Below are positions 51,501 through 62,273 of a stretch of DNA of 64,000 bases, in pieces. The stretch's first letter is position 1. The number at the start of each line of letters is the position of its first letter. Source of the stretch: Euglena gracilis (Eukaryota); NCBI GenBank assembly GCA_039621445.1, contig CP154954.1:38301703-38365702 (forward strand). The letters are read 5' to 3'. A model generated the notes under the pieces. That model saw only the letters and a program-made list of their open reading frames with translations. It did no database searches and was not told the origin of the DNA. Both the position numbers and the translations under genes were made by a program.

Positions 51501-53480
51501 TGCCTCAATGCCAGGAATTTGGGGGGTGCCAAAAAGTGCGACCAGCCCCCGGGACCAGGTCGGCTGGGTTCCCCACCCCCAAAAACCCCACTGTCACCGG
51601 AACCACTGCTGGTAAAACACCCCGCAATAGCGAAATTTTGGTAATTTTTAAGTGTAATTCGGGGCGGGGGCGGGGGTGGGGGGGGCGTGATTTTTTGGGG
51701 CCAGATTGCCTCAATGCCAGGAAATTGGGGGGTGCCAAAAAGTGCGACCAGCCCCCGGGACCAGGTCGGCTGGGTTCCCCGCCCCCAAAAACCCCACTGT
51801 CACCGGAACCACTGCTGGTAAAACACCCCGCAATAGCGAAATTTTGGTAATTTTTAAGTGTAATTCGGGGCGGGGGCGGGTGGGGGGGGCGTGATTTTTG
51901 GGGGCCAGATTGCCTCAATGCCAGGAATTAGGGGGGTGGCAAAAAGTGCGACCAGCCCCCGGGACCAGGTCGGCTGGGTTCCCCGCCCCCAAAAACCCCA
52001 CTGTCACCGGAACCACTGCTGGTAAAACACCCCGCAATAGTGAAATTTTGGTAATTTTTAAGTGTAATTCGGGGCGGGGGGTGGGGGGGGGCGTGATTTT
52101 TTGGGGCCAGATTGCCTCAATGGCAGGAATTTGGGGGGTGCCAAAAGGTGCGACCAGCCCCCGGGACCAGGTCGGGTGGGTTCCCCGCCCCCAAAAACCC
52201 CACTGTCACCGGAACCACTGCTGGTAAAACACCCCGCAATAGCGAAATTTTAGTAGTTTTTAAGTGTAATTCGGGGCGGGTGGGGGGGGCGTGATTTTTG
52301 GGGGCCAGATTGCCTCAATGCCAGGAATTAGGGGGGTGCCAAAAAGTGCGACCAGCCCCCGCTACCAGGTCGGCTGGGTTCCCCACCTCCAAAAACCCCA
52401 CTGTCACTGGAACCACTGCTGGTAAAACACCCCGCAATAGCGAAATTTTGGTAATTTTTAAGTGTAATACGGAGCGGGGGCGGGGGGTGGGGGGGGCGTG
52501 ATTTTTTGGGGCCAGATTGCCTCAATGCCAGGAAATTGGGGGGTGCCCAAAAGTGCGACCAGCCCCCGGGAGCAGGTCGGCTGGGTTCCCCGCCCCCAAA
52601 AACCCCACTGTCACCGGAACCACTGCCGGCAAAACACCGATGGTAAAACACCCCCGCAATAGCGAAATTTTGGTTATTTTTAAGTGTAATTCGGGGCGGG
52701 GGGGGGGGGGGGGTGGGGGGGGTGATTTTTCGGGGCCAGATTGCCTCAATGCCACGAAATTGGGGGGTGCCAAAAAGTGCGACCAGCCCCCGGGACCAGG
52801 TCGGCTGGGTTCCCCACCCCCAAAAACCCCACTGTCTCCGGAACCACTGCTGGTAAAACACCCCGCAATAGCGAAATTTTGGCCATTTTTCAGTATAATT
52901 CGGGGCGGGGGCGGGGGGTGGGGGGGCGTGATTTTTTGGGGCCAGATTGCCTCAATGGCAGGAATTTGGGGGGTGCCAAAAAGTGCGACCAGCCCCCGGG
53001 ACCAGGTCGGCTGGGTTCCCCACCCCCAAAAACCCCACTGTCACCGGAACCACTGCTGGTAAAACACCCCGCAATAGCGAAATTTTGGCCATTTTTCAGT
53101 ATAATTCGGGGCGGGGGCGGGGGGTGGGGGGGGCGTGATTTTTTGGGGCCAGATTGCCTCAATGGCAGGAATTTGGGGGGTGCCAAAGAGTGCGACCAGC
53201 CCCCGGGACCAGGTCGGCTGGGTTCCCCGCCCCCAAAAACCCCACTGTCACCGGAACCACTGAGGGTAAAACACCCCGCAATTGTGTAAGTTTGGCCATT
53301 TTTCAGTATAATTCGGGGCGGGGGGGTGGGGGGGGCGTGAGTTTTTGGGAATTGGGGGGTGCCAAAAAGTGCGACCGTGCCCCCGGGACCAGGTCAGCTG
53401 GGTTCCCCACCCCCATTGTCACCGGTAAAACACCTTACAATAGGGATTTTTGACAGTTTTTCAGTATAATTCGGGGTGGG
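33560..53480. repeat. Satellite of about 207-bp units, roughly 95 copies, G-run rich, inside a predicted GT-AG intron (33471-53867)
   Basis: Unit gggccagattgcctcaatgccaggaattt...taattcggggcgggggcgggggg repeated head to tail; degenerate at both edges. Confidence 0.95.
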
Positions 53481-53867
53481 GGTTCGGGGCAGGCTTCTTT
53501 TTAATTCACCTGACCCCCCCCTCCCCCGGGGGAGGGGGGTGGGTGGGTGGGTCTGGGCCGGACCCCCTGGGGGGTGGGGGGTCTGCGCCGGGTGTACGTT
53601 TTTGGCGCAAAGCGCCGAAAAACGTTGACAATTGCCTTTAACGCGCCTGATTTTGGGGGAGGGATCCCCGCCCCCCGGGGGGTCCACCCTGGGGACCCCC
53701 TTTCCCCCGGGGGGTCATAAAAAGAAGCCTGTTGGGGGGCGCGTGTTTTTTCGGGGCAGATTCAAAAAGTGCGACCAGCCTCCGGGACCAGTTCAGCTGC
53801 GTGCTTCTCAGCGTGCGTGTGGGAAAGCCTTCGTGCTCTGCCACCATCTCAATCCAAATCTCCACAG

Positions 53868-56800
53868 GTCCCGCCACCCGCCGCCTACGTCGCCCCCGCC
53901 GTGCTCCTGCAGGAAGCGGACGAGAAGGCAGCGGAGCACGAGCGGGATCGCCACGCAGGCCCCGGTGGCCAGGAAAATATGGGCCATCAAAGAAATACCA
54001 GGGGTGCACACAATCATTTGCCCCCCTGTGCTTTCGCGACTCCGCTATGACCCCCCTCCCGTCACAGACACAGCGTCCTGGCGCAAAGCATAAGGCCGAA
54101 AACCCTTGGACCCAAAAGTGGCCAAAAATCAGCCAAAAATTTTTTGGGCAAAGAATTGCCGAAATTTCACAAAAGGGTTTCCCGCACCTCACCCCCGCCT
54201 TTGCAGTCTCTTCACCAATCCAGGGGGGATCACTGACTGGGTTTTGTCCCTGTCCACCTCCCTCCAGAAGCAGTCATCGCAAAGGTGACCCGGCCGCATA
54301 TTATTTCTGCCATTTTTTCCCCGTTCCAGATTCCAGAGCACCTGACCCCGGGGGGGGGGGACTGGCTGGATTTCCAAACTGCCTGGTTCTTGGTGACTGC
54401 CTGGTTTTCGGAAGAGTGGACCCCTGGGGGAGGGGTCGGCCGATGGTTGCCCACCCCTCTGTCCTCTTCTCCTCCGGGGTGGGAGGTTGGACAGGGGTGA
54501 GAATATTTTTCCCTGGCATTGGATTCTTGAAGCCCCCTCCCCTCATTTGGCAGTTTTACATTACTCTGCGGGGGGTCGACCCCCCCCCCCCATACTTGAA
54601 TAACACCCCCCCTCTCCGGGGCCGATTTCGAGCGCCCAAATATCACCCCCCTAATTTCTTTTGGTTTTCCATGTAAAAATAACACCCCCCCCCAAATTAC
54701 CCCCCCCCCCCGGGGCCCAGGGTGCCCAAGTAACACAAGGGGGGGGGTGTTATTTGGGGGGGGGGTTATTTGGATGGCAGCCATATTCTAAATGGCCCCC
54801 CTGGTCACTCTAAATGGCCCCCCCTGGCATTTTTTCGTTAATGATGGAGTAGGTTTAGGTGCGCGACTTAGGCTTAGGGTTAGGCCTAACTTGTACACCG
54901 AACACCCATCTATAAGTTAGGCCTAACCCTAAGCCTAAGTCGCGCACCTAACCCTACTCCATCATTAACACAAAAAAACTATTTTGACCCCCCTGGTCAC
55001 TCTAAATGGCCCCCCAGGGGGGGGCATTTAGAGTATGGCTGCCATTTGGATATCCAGGGTAGGGTGTGTACATTGCGGCCGTGTCTTGCTTGTGTCTGCT
55101 TCATGGCCAGGGTGGGGGATCATCATCCCAAAACCCGGCGTTTGTTCGGATTCCACGCGTGGTGCTTTCATTCTGCAGTTTCTGTTTATCACAAACCCCC
55201 CCGGAAAGTGCCACCAGCAGCCACCACCACATCTGCATCTGTCCCAAAATCAGAAAAATGGGTTTTTTTTGCGCCAAACCAGAAATTTTTTTCAGCACAA
55301 AACTCCCATGGTTTTTAAAGAAGGTCAATGGCTTCCCCCCAGAGGTTTTTGTTCTGAGGGTCCCACACCACGCAGAGGCGTTGGAAAGACGCCTGCATTG
55401 CAATTGTGGTGAAGCCCCCCCCCATCAGTCCAGCACGGCCTGGGGGCAACACCAGCTCCATCCGCCCCAAAACTTGCTGGCCCGCGCGCGCCGCGCTGCC
55501 AACCCACTGCGTGGGATTCGGCAGCTGCTTGAGCAGGCGGTTTTTTTTTGTGGTGTTTATCGAAACAACAAAACAAAACAAACAAAAAGCAGCCTGCCGC
55601 CGAATATTGGTGGCTAATCGAGACCCCCGCGGAGAGGACAACCAGGGCAGAACGGGAGGCCAACCACACCACCGTATTTCCGGGAACACCAATTTTCGAC
55701 CCCAAAGTTTTTTTCCGGCGCCAAAGGGGCGGGGAAAAAATTGTCATGTACGTTATCTAATAAGGTCTATCAATGTTATCTGATAAGAAATCTGTGAAAT
55801 TGCCGTGGTGGGGTGGGGGGTCAAACACCCGCCTCCCGGGTGGACCAGGCCTTCCCGTTCTGCCCTGGGGACGGCGAAGGAGATCCAGGTCCGCCACGCG
55901 GTGGCGGACCCGGACCTCTGTGCCCGCTGCCGCCCACGCCCTTCCTTAAATGTGTGCCCTTCTGTTAAATGTGCGTTGTGGTGACCCAGACAGTGCAAAG
56001 ATAATTTAATTACAAATATCTGTCAGAAGTGCCATTTTCGGTTGGAAGGAAACTGACTTTTGGGGACGGGGGATTTCCGTGGGGGGGGGAAGCCCCCCCC
56101 CACCCCTGCTTGTCAAGGACCTCATTCCCATGCATGTTAACACAATGACAAAGTAACGAAGGGCGTGGGGCCACCACCGTCGGCTGGGGATGGTGCAGGC
56201 GGAGGTCGCCGGGCGCAGCGTGCCACTGTGCCCTGCCTGCCGCTTCGCCACGGTGTGTTCTGCCTTGCCCTTTGCTTCTTCCGAATCTCTTTTCATTTTC
56301 ATTGTGCACCCCTGTCCCCTGGAATTCTGGATTCAACCTGGACAGTTCTCTTCAAAAGCCACCTGTGGGGGACAGGGGTTTTTTTGGTCGTGGACCCCGG
56401 GGGCAGGGTTCGATATAAGGAGGGCGTACATGGTTTAGGTGGGGGGTGTCCCCCCCACCCCCCCCCCTCCTGGCCCGCAGGGGGGGGTCAGGACCACCCC
56501 CCCCCCACCTGCAAGGGGGGTCCGGACCGACCCTCGGGGGGGGGTACCCGGGACCCCCCCCCCAAAAAGGGGCAATTTTTTCCTCCGGCGCTTTGCGCCG
56601 AATTTTTTTTTGCATTTTTGGCCAATTTTTGCCCAAAAAGTGCCCAAAATGGCACTTTTGGTCGTCTTGGGGGGTCAAAAATTTTCGGCCCGGCGCTTTG
56701 CGCTGGGCCGAAAATCGGTCACCCTGACCGCGCCACTGTTTAGGTGGGGGGGTGTCCCCCCCACCCCCCCCCCCCTCCTGGCCCGCAGGGGGGGGGGCCG

Positions 56801-59404
56801 GACCCCCCCCCCCTCCTCTCCTTATATCGAACCCTGCCCGGTGGGGGGGGGTTGGGAAGGGTTTGATATAAGGAGGCGTACATGGTTCAGGTGGGGGGGT
56901 GTCCCCCCCCCTCCTGGCCTGCAGGGGGGTCCGGACCACCCCCCCCTCCTCTCCTTATATCGAACCCTGGGGTAGGGTGGGTGGGTCCAGCCGAGCCCCC
57001 CCCCCCCCGGGGGGGTCCCACCGGAGGGGGGTGGGATATGCTTTTCGGCGCTGAAGGCGCCGAAAGTGCTATTTTTAGCACTTTCATGGTGTCCAGGCCC
57101 AGTGCTAACTCAGAAGACCCCGTGCCACGGGACTGTGTGGAGGTCGGTGCGTTTGGGGTTTGTCCGGGTTCCAAATGGATCGGGGGTGTGCTGGATCTTC
57201 ACTCAACTGGCAGTAACAAAGTGTCAAGCGTTAGTTTTAGCAAGGGGAGGGAAGGCAAGGGGAACGCAAATGTTTTTTTTGCATTATTTGTGTTTTTCTA
57301 TTTTGATAAAATTTGTGTTTTTATGTCTGTTGTTGTTGTTGTTGTTATTGTTGTTGTTGCATTTTGTTTTTTTTTCCGTCCCGATTTTCTAGTTTCAAAA
57401 AGGGTTTGGGCAAAGGTAAGGGTCAAGGTCTTTTTGACAATGAAAAATTGCTCGTTTTGCCCTCGATTTTCCCCCGAGACCAAAAATTCTGTCGACCTTT
57501 TGTCATTTGCCCGATGGAGAAGTTTTTCCCCTGTGTTGAGTGAACAGTGGTCTTGCGGGAGGGGGGGGTGCGGGGAAAGAGTGGTTAGACCCCCCGGGGG
57601 GAGGGTGGGTCCAGACCCCCCCTTCAGACCGAGGGGTCTGGGACCCCCGGAAACCCAGAAAGAATAAAAAATGGGTGGTGCATTGTTTGGCTGATTTTTC
57701 AAAAAAAATATGTGCGAAAACTCGATTTTTTGGTTTTTTTCGTTGCCAGAAATTTTTTTGCACAATCCAACCCCCCCCAACACTCATTTAATACCCTGCC
57801 CGAGGGATGGGGGCAGGCTTCTTTTTAAGTCAGCAGACCCCCCCGGGGGGGGGAGGGAGGGTGGGTGCCAGACATTTATTCAGTGTGGTATACCAACGTT
57901 GTCATTTTGTGGTTCACCGTGGACACCGAGAGTTTTTTTGTGGTTCACCTGTTGACACCAAAAAAGAATTTGTGGTTCACACATCTTTTGTGAGCCACAC
58001 TAAATGAATGTCTGGTGGGTGGGGGGGTCCGGGGCCGGACCCCCCGGGGGGTGGGTCCCGCGCCGGGTATACCTTTTCGGCGCGAAGCACCGAAAATTTT
58101 TGAAAATTGCCTTTAACGGGCCCGATTTTGGGGTCCCCCCCGGGGTCCCGCGCCACCCTGGGTGGGTGGGGGACCCCCCTGGATGGGGGTCCGGACCCTC
58201 CCAGGCTGTGTTTCAGATTTACAACCTCAAATGCCCCTGCCTCTCACAGTTCGAGAGCGCGCTGCTGGCGCGTGAGGCAGCGAGGGAACGACCGCCCCGC
58301 GCACCGCGAACGGTATGTCATTGCTTGCGCCCCACATCCGCCTGATCTTTGCTCACGTCTCCACAAATTTCTCCGGAATGAATTAAAAAAACTGATAAAA
58401 TTCAAAAGAAGACAGATTTGGTGAAATGCAGCTTTCTAAAGGCGATAACAATGGCGAGGGATGCACATGGGTTTCTGTTTGATTCTTTGCAATGCGCACC
58501 CCCCGGGGGGGGGGGCTATTGGCAGGCAGGGGTAGGGCATTTTCGACCCCTCTGGAGGGGAGTCGGGGTTTGGGGTGGGTTGGCGCCACAGCACACCCCC
58601 TGACGCCGAATGGCCCAAAAATGGCCTCCAAAAAATGACCTGGCTGGTAGGCTCCGAGAGGCACAATACCCCCCCCCCCCAGGTTGATGAAAAGAAGCCT
58701 GATCCTCTGACGTTGCCCCCCAAATGTTTTGCATTTTGTGGGTTGACTCGCAGAACATCGTACATTTTTTTACCGCATTGGTTGCCATGACAGAATTTCG
58801 CTCATATTCTCTAAACATGCGGCTGGTGCTGGTGCCCCCCATGTCCATTGCTGCACAGGGGACATTTTCGCTCTGGAGGGGAGTCGGGGTTGGGGTGGGT
58901 TGGCGCCACCACCCCCCCCCCCGAATGGCCCCTCCCAAAAAACCTCCAATCCCCCCCCCCCCCAAACCCCCTGACGTTGCCCCCCAAATGTTTTGCATTT
59001 TGGGTTGACTCGCAGAACAAACACCCACCCCCCCCAAAATTATCAAAAAACCACTTCCCCTCTCACGCCCCCCTGCTGCTCGCCCCCATCGTCGCCGCGG
59101 GCTGGACGCACAGGGCCGAGTGGCGTCGGCATTTGGGGTCAGAGAAACGGGAAGGTGAAATTTGGGAGCACAACCCGGAGTGGAGCCGGCTTCCTGGGTC
59201 AGGTTTGAATTACTGCCAGCGTTGCGTTTCACTCCCATTCAGAGGAATTTGGCTGAAACATTGTAAGCCTGGTTTTTTTTTTTTGTTCTTGGGGGTTAGA
59301 TTGGTGCTGTTGACCCCCAGCCAAATCGAGTCAACATGTTTTGTTGAGATGTTGAATATTTTCCTTTTTTCATCATCATCATCATCGTCATCATCATTAT
59401 TGTC

Positions 59405-59439
<35 letters not shown>

Positions 59440-59478
59440 CATCATCATCATCATCATCATCATCATTATTATTGTTGC

Positions 59479-59532
<54 letters not shown>

Positions 59533-59593
59533 TGCTATTATTATCATTATCATCATCATCATCATTATTCTTATTCTTATTCTTCTTCTTCTT

Positions 59594-59624
<31 letters not shown>

Positions 59625-59769
59625 TTATCATCATCATCATCATCATCATCATTATTATTATTATTACCATCATCATCATCATCATCATTATTATTATTAC
59701 CATCATCATCATCATCATCATCATTATTATTATTACCATCATCATCATCATCATCATTATTATTATTAC

Positions 59770-59806
<37 letters not shown>

Positions 59807-62273
59807 GTCATCATCATCATCATCAGGTGCATTGACCTACCAATGGGCCCTGCTGTTGATCCTGCCGACCACCGACAGCCGCCTGGCCAACGCGCTGGCA
59901 TGGCTGGCCAGGGTTGTATGGGAAGCTCCGCAGACATGACGCAGGTGGCAGGGGGTCCCCCCCTAGGGGGGTAAGGTGGCAGGGGGGTCCCCCCACCCCC
60001 GTCCCCCCGGTTTCGGAAGGGGGTCCCCCACCCACCCCCCTCCCCCTCCTCTGCAGGGGCAAATAAAAATCTTCCGGTGTGCATTTTTGGACCCTCTTGA
60101 AGCTCGATATGAAATTTTGGCAAAACGGCCAAAATTGGTCGAAAAATGGCTGTAACTTGGGCCAGGAGGGGAGTTGAGGGGAAATCAAAATGGCATTTCA
60201 AGGCTTCAATTTAGGTATCTGACATTTTGTCCACCATTTTTGAGGAATTTCAGAAGAATTGATGTTTTTGACCCAAACAGGGCCAAATTTTTCGGCGACT
60301 GAATACTGGAGGTAGGGGGGTCCCCCCTCCCCCCCCCCCTCCCCCCCCCCCCAGTTTTGGAAGGGGAGCCCCCCCCCCTCGAGATTCCCATACAAGCCTG
60401 CGGCTGGCGGTGGTCTCCACGTACAGCTCGCTGTACGTGGACTGCCTGCGGCCGCGGCTGCGGTGGGTCGCCGGGCTGTACCCGTGCACCGCAAGCGGGG
60501 GGCCCTTTGCGGTTGCATTTCAAGGGGCGGAGGGTTGCCTTCAAGTTCATTCGCAAACCCCCAACGGATTTGTCTCTCATCCAAATCCAACCTCCCCCCC
60601 CCCCCCCCCCTGGCAGAGGGCCCTCCGCCGCCAGCCGTCGCCGCCATCGTCCATGCCATCGACCGCCGCCTGCGCGAACAAGTCGAGGGCAACGGCTACG
60701 GCGGGCCACACCCTGGCTCACCCCCCCCCCCCCGTTGGCTTGGCTTGGGGTCTCCCTGGTCCCTCCCCAGGGATGGATTGGAAGCATTTTGGTTTGAAGG
60801 TGGGTGAGGGGGCCCCTTCCTGGAGGTTGGGGGGGTCCGGACCCCCCCTGCTTTATGACAAAAATATTTCTTTTGGCGCGCCGGAAAATGAACAAAAATG
60901 CCCCTTTTCCTCACTTTTGAGCATATTGCGCATTTTTGGGGTGCTTTCCGCAGCTAAAGTGTTCACAATTTTCAAGGAATTCATTTTCAAAGAAAAATCA
61001 AGGGATTTTCAACAATTTTGGTCTGGCCTCCAAGACACTCTGGACCCCCCCCCCCGGTTGGTAAAAAGCAGCCTGGTCCCCTCCCTCCCCCTGTCCCCTT
61101 TGAACCGGGGCGTGGCGGCACAACGCCGCCTACGCCGCCCTCCGCATGGCCCACACGTGGGCCATCATGGTGGGCGCCGTGGGCGACCTCGCCGTCCACG
61201 CCCTGCTGCTGGGGCCAGGCCTGTCCCCCCCTTTTTTCTATGGGCGGATGAGCGATGTTCCAAAAGTGCCAGGAATCACTTTTTTTCCCGAAGTCGACCC
61301 GTTTCGGGCAAAATACGGCCACTTTTCGGTCATGGATTTTCAAAAAAATTTCTCGGCTGTGCCGGGACGGGATTTTTTTTTTTTTTTTTTTTGCTTAAGG
61401 ACCGCCCTGGGTCCAACGGATGCCTCTCGGCTCACAATTTGAAGAAAGTTCTCCAAAGTTCTCCAAACCTCCCGGGCCGTTTGTTTCCCACCCCCACCCC
61501 AAGTGGGTTCCCGGGGGGGCCGGCCTGCGGCCAAGTGCCCGCCCCCTTCATCAACCCCACCACGCCCCTCCAGCGGTGGAGGGACGCGCAGCCGCCGCCG
61601 CCGCCCGGGCCCGTGGCGAAGGCGAAGGCGGTGGTGCGGGAGATCCGGCGCCGGCTGTGGCCTGCCGGGCAGGCCCTTCCTGAAGGGCACCCGCCCCTCC
61701 CCCTGCCTTTCTGCATTGCAAGTCCCACGCAGACAATCACTCACTGATCGGTATCCCATCCCGACCAGGTTTTTTTCAGCTTTGGACCTCCTGGGGGGGG
61801 GGGGGGGGAGGGGGGGGGGGGTCCAGCCAAGCCCCCCATGGGGGGGGGTCCCCCCAGGGGGAGTGGGATGCCCTTTTCGGCGCTGAAGGTGCCGAAATTT
61901 TTTGAAAAAGGTGCTTTTTTAGCATTTTTCGCGATTTTTCGGCCATTTTCGGTGGGTCCCCTGGGACCCCCCTGGGGTGGGTGGGGAGATTGACTGGTTT
62001 TTTGGGTGGATGTGACCCCTGGGATCAGTGTAAAGAACTTTGTGCAGTCCCCCCCTCAACACGGTCTCTTTGAAGAAGCGACAGGGTGCCAAGCCCCCCT
62101 CTTCTGGTGCAAATCCCAGGCACCCCTCCCCCGCCATCTTTGGCAACGGCCTGTCGCTGCCCGGCCTGCGGAGCCGCCTGCGCCGCCAGCCGCGCCGGCT
62201 GTCGCGCCAGCTGCGCTGCCAGCCGAGCTGCCGGCCGCGCCGGCCGCTGAAGCAGCAGCGGTGGCGCAACCCC
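53868..62273 (+). CDS. Multi-exon 3' part of the same unknown gene (CxxC...CxxC motif, hydrophobic segments, Pro/Ala-rich tail); runs on beyond the last exon identified
   Basis: Predicted exons 53868-53966, 54258-54284, 55456-55530, 55602-55639, 55873-55931, 56173-56252, 57114-57146, 58250-58312, about 59070-59107, 59858-59905, 60406-60492, 60618-about 60703, about 61108-61212, 61533-61666, 62159-62273. They join to VPPPAAYVAPAVLLQEADEKAAEHERDRHAGPG-LPPEAVIAK-LHPPQNLLARARRAANPLRGIRQLL-EYWWLIETPAERT-AKEIQVRHAVADPDLCARCH-HRRLGMVQAEVAGRSVPLCPACRFAT-KTPCHGTVWRS-FESALLAREAARERPPRAPRT...WTILPTTDSRLANALAWLAVVSTYSSLYVDCLRPRLRWVAGLYPCTAGPPPPAVAAIVHAIDRRLREQ...; GC3-rich codons. Junctions near 58313-59080 and 60703-61108 are unresolved. 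Confidence 0.7.
54784..55036. mobile_element. Palindromic MITE with a telomere-like internal hairpin
   Basis: TIR t(a)ttctaaatggccccc / ggggcatttagagta; arms gttaatgatggagtagg...ttagggttaggcctaactt / aagttaggcctaaccctaag...cctactccatcattaac. Confidence 0.75.
56404..56836. mobile_element. hAT-like MITE (TIR cagggttcgatataagg); related copies at about 56859-56969 and from 63886
   Basis: TIR ccttatatcgaaccctg at the right end; TSD cccggggg/cccggtgg. Confidence 0.75.
59371..59825. repeat. Compound trinucleotide microsatellite (CAT/TAT/CTT)n
   Basis: Direct reading; lies inside the predicted intron 59108-59857. Confidence 0.95.
59909..60400 (+). mobile_element. hAT-like MITE in coding sequence, forming predicted intron 59906-60405
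   Basis: TIR cagggttgtatgggaa...ttcccatacaagcctg; TSD tggctggc/cggctggc; same family as 29708-30222; removal restores ...ALAWLAVVSTY. Confidence 0.85.

Noticed and set aside
33688-53453. Hundreds of ORFs up to 559 aa (MPQCQEFGG..., MAPPKFLAL...)
   Set aside because: They are translations of the 207-bp satellite; frames change with G-run length and both strands are equally open.
58806-59080. Extra exon (RLVLVPPMSIA) with a gcaCAG...CTGctgct intron
   Set aside because: The geometry fits, but the most plausible frame does not join the downstream exon without an indel and no 5' boundary was found; left unresolved.
58848-60201. Poly-S/L/F and poly-M/I ORFs of 363 and 301 aa
   Set aside because: Read-through of a trinucleotide microsatellite lying within a predicted intron.
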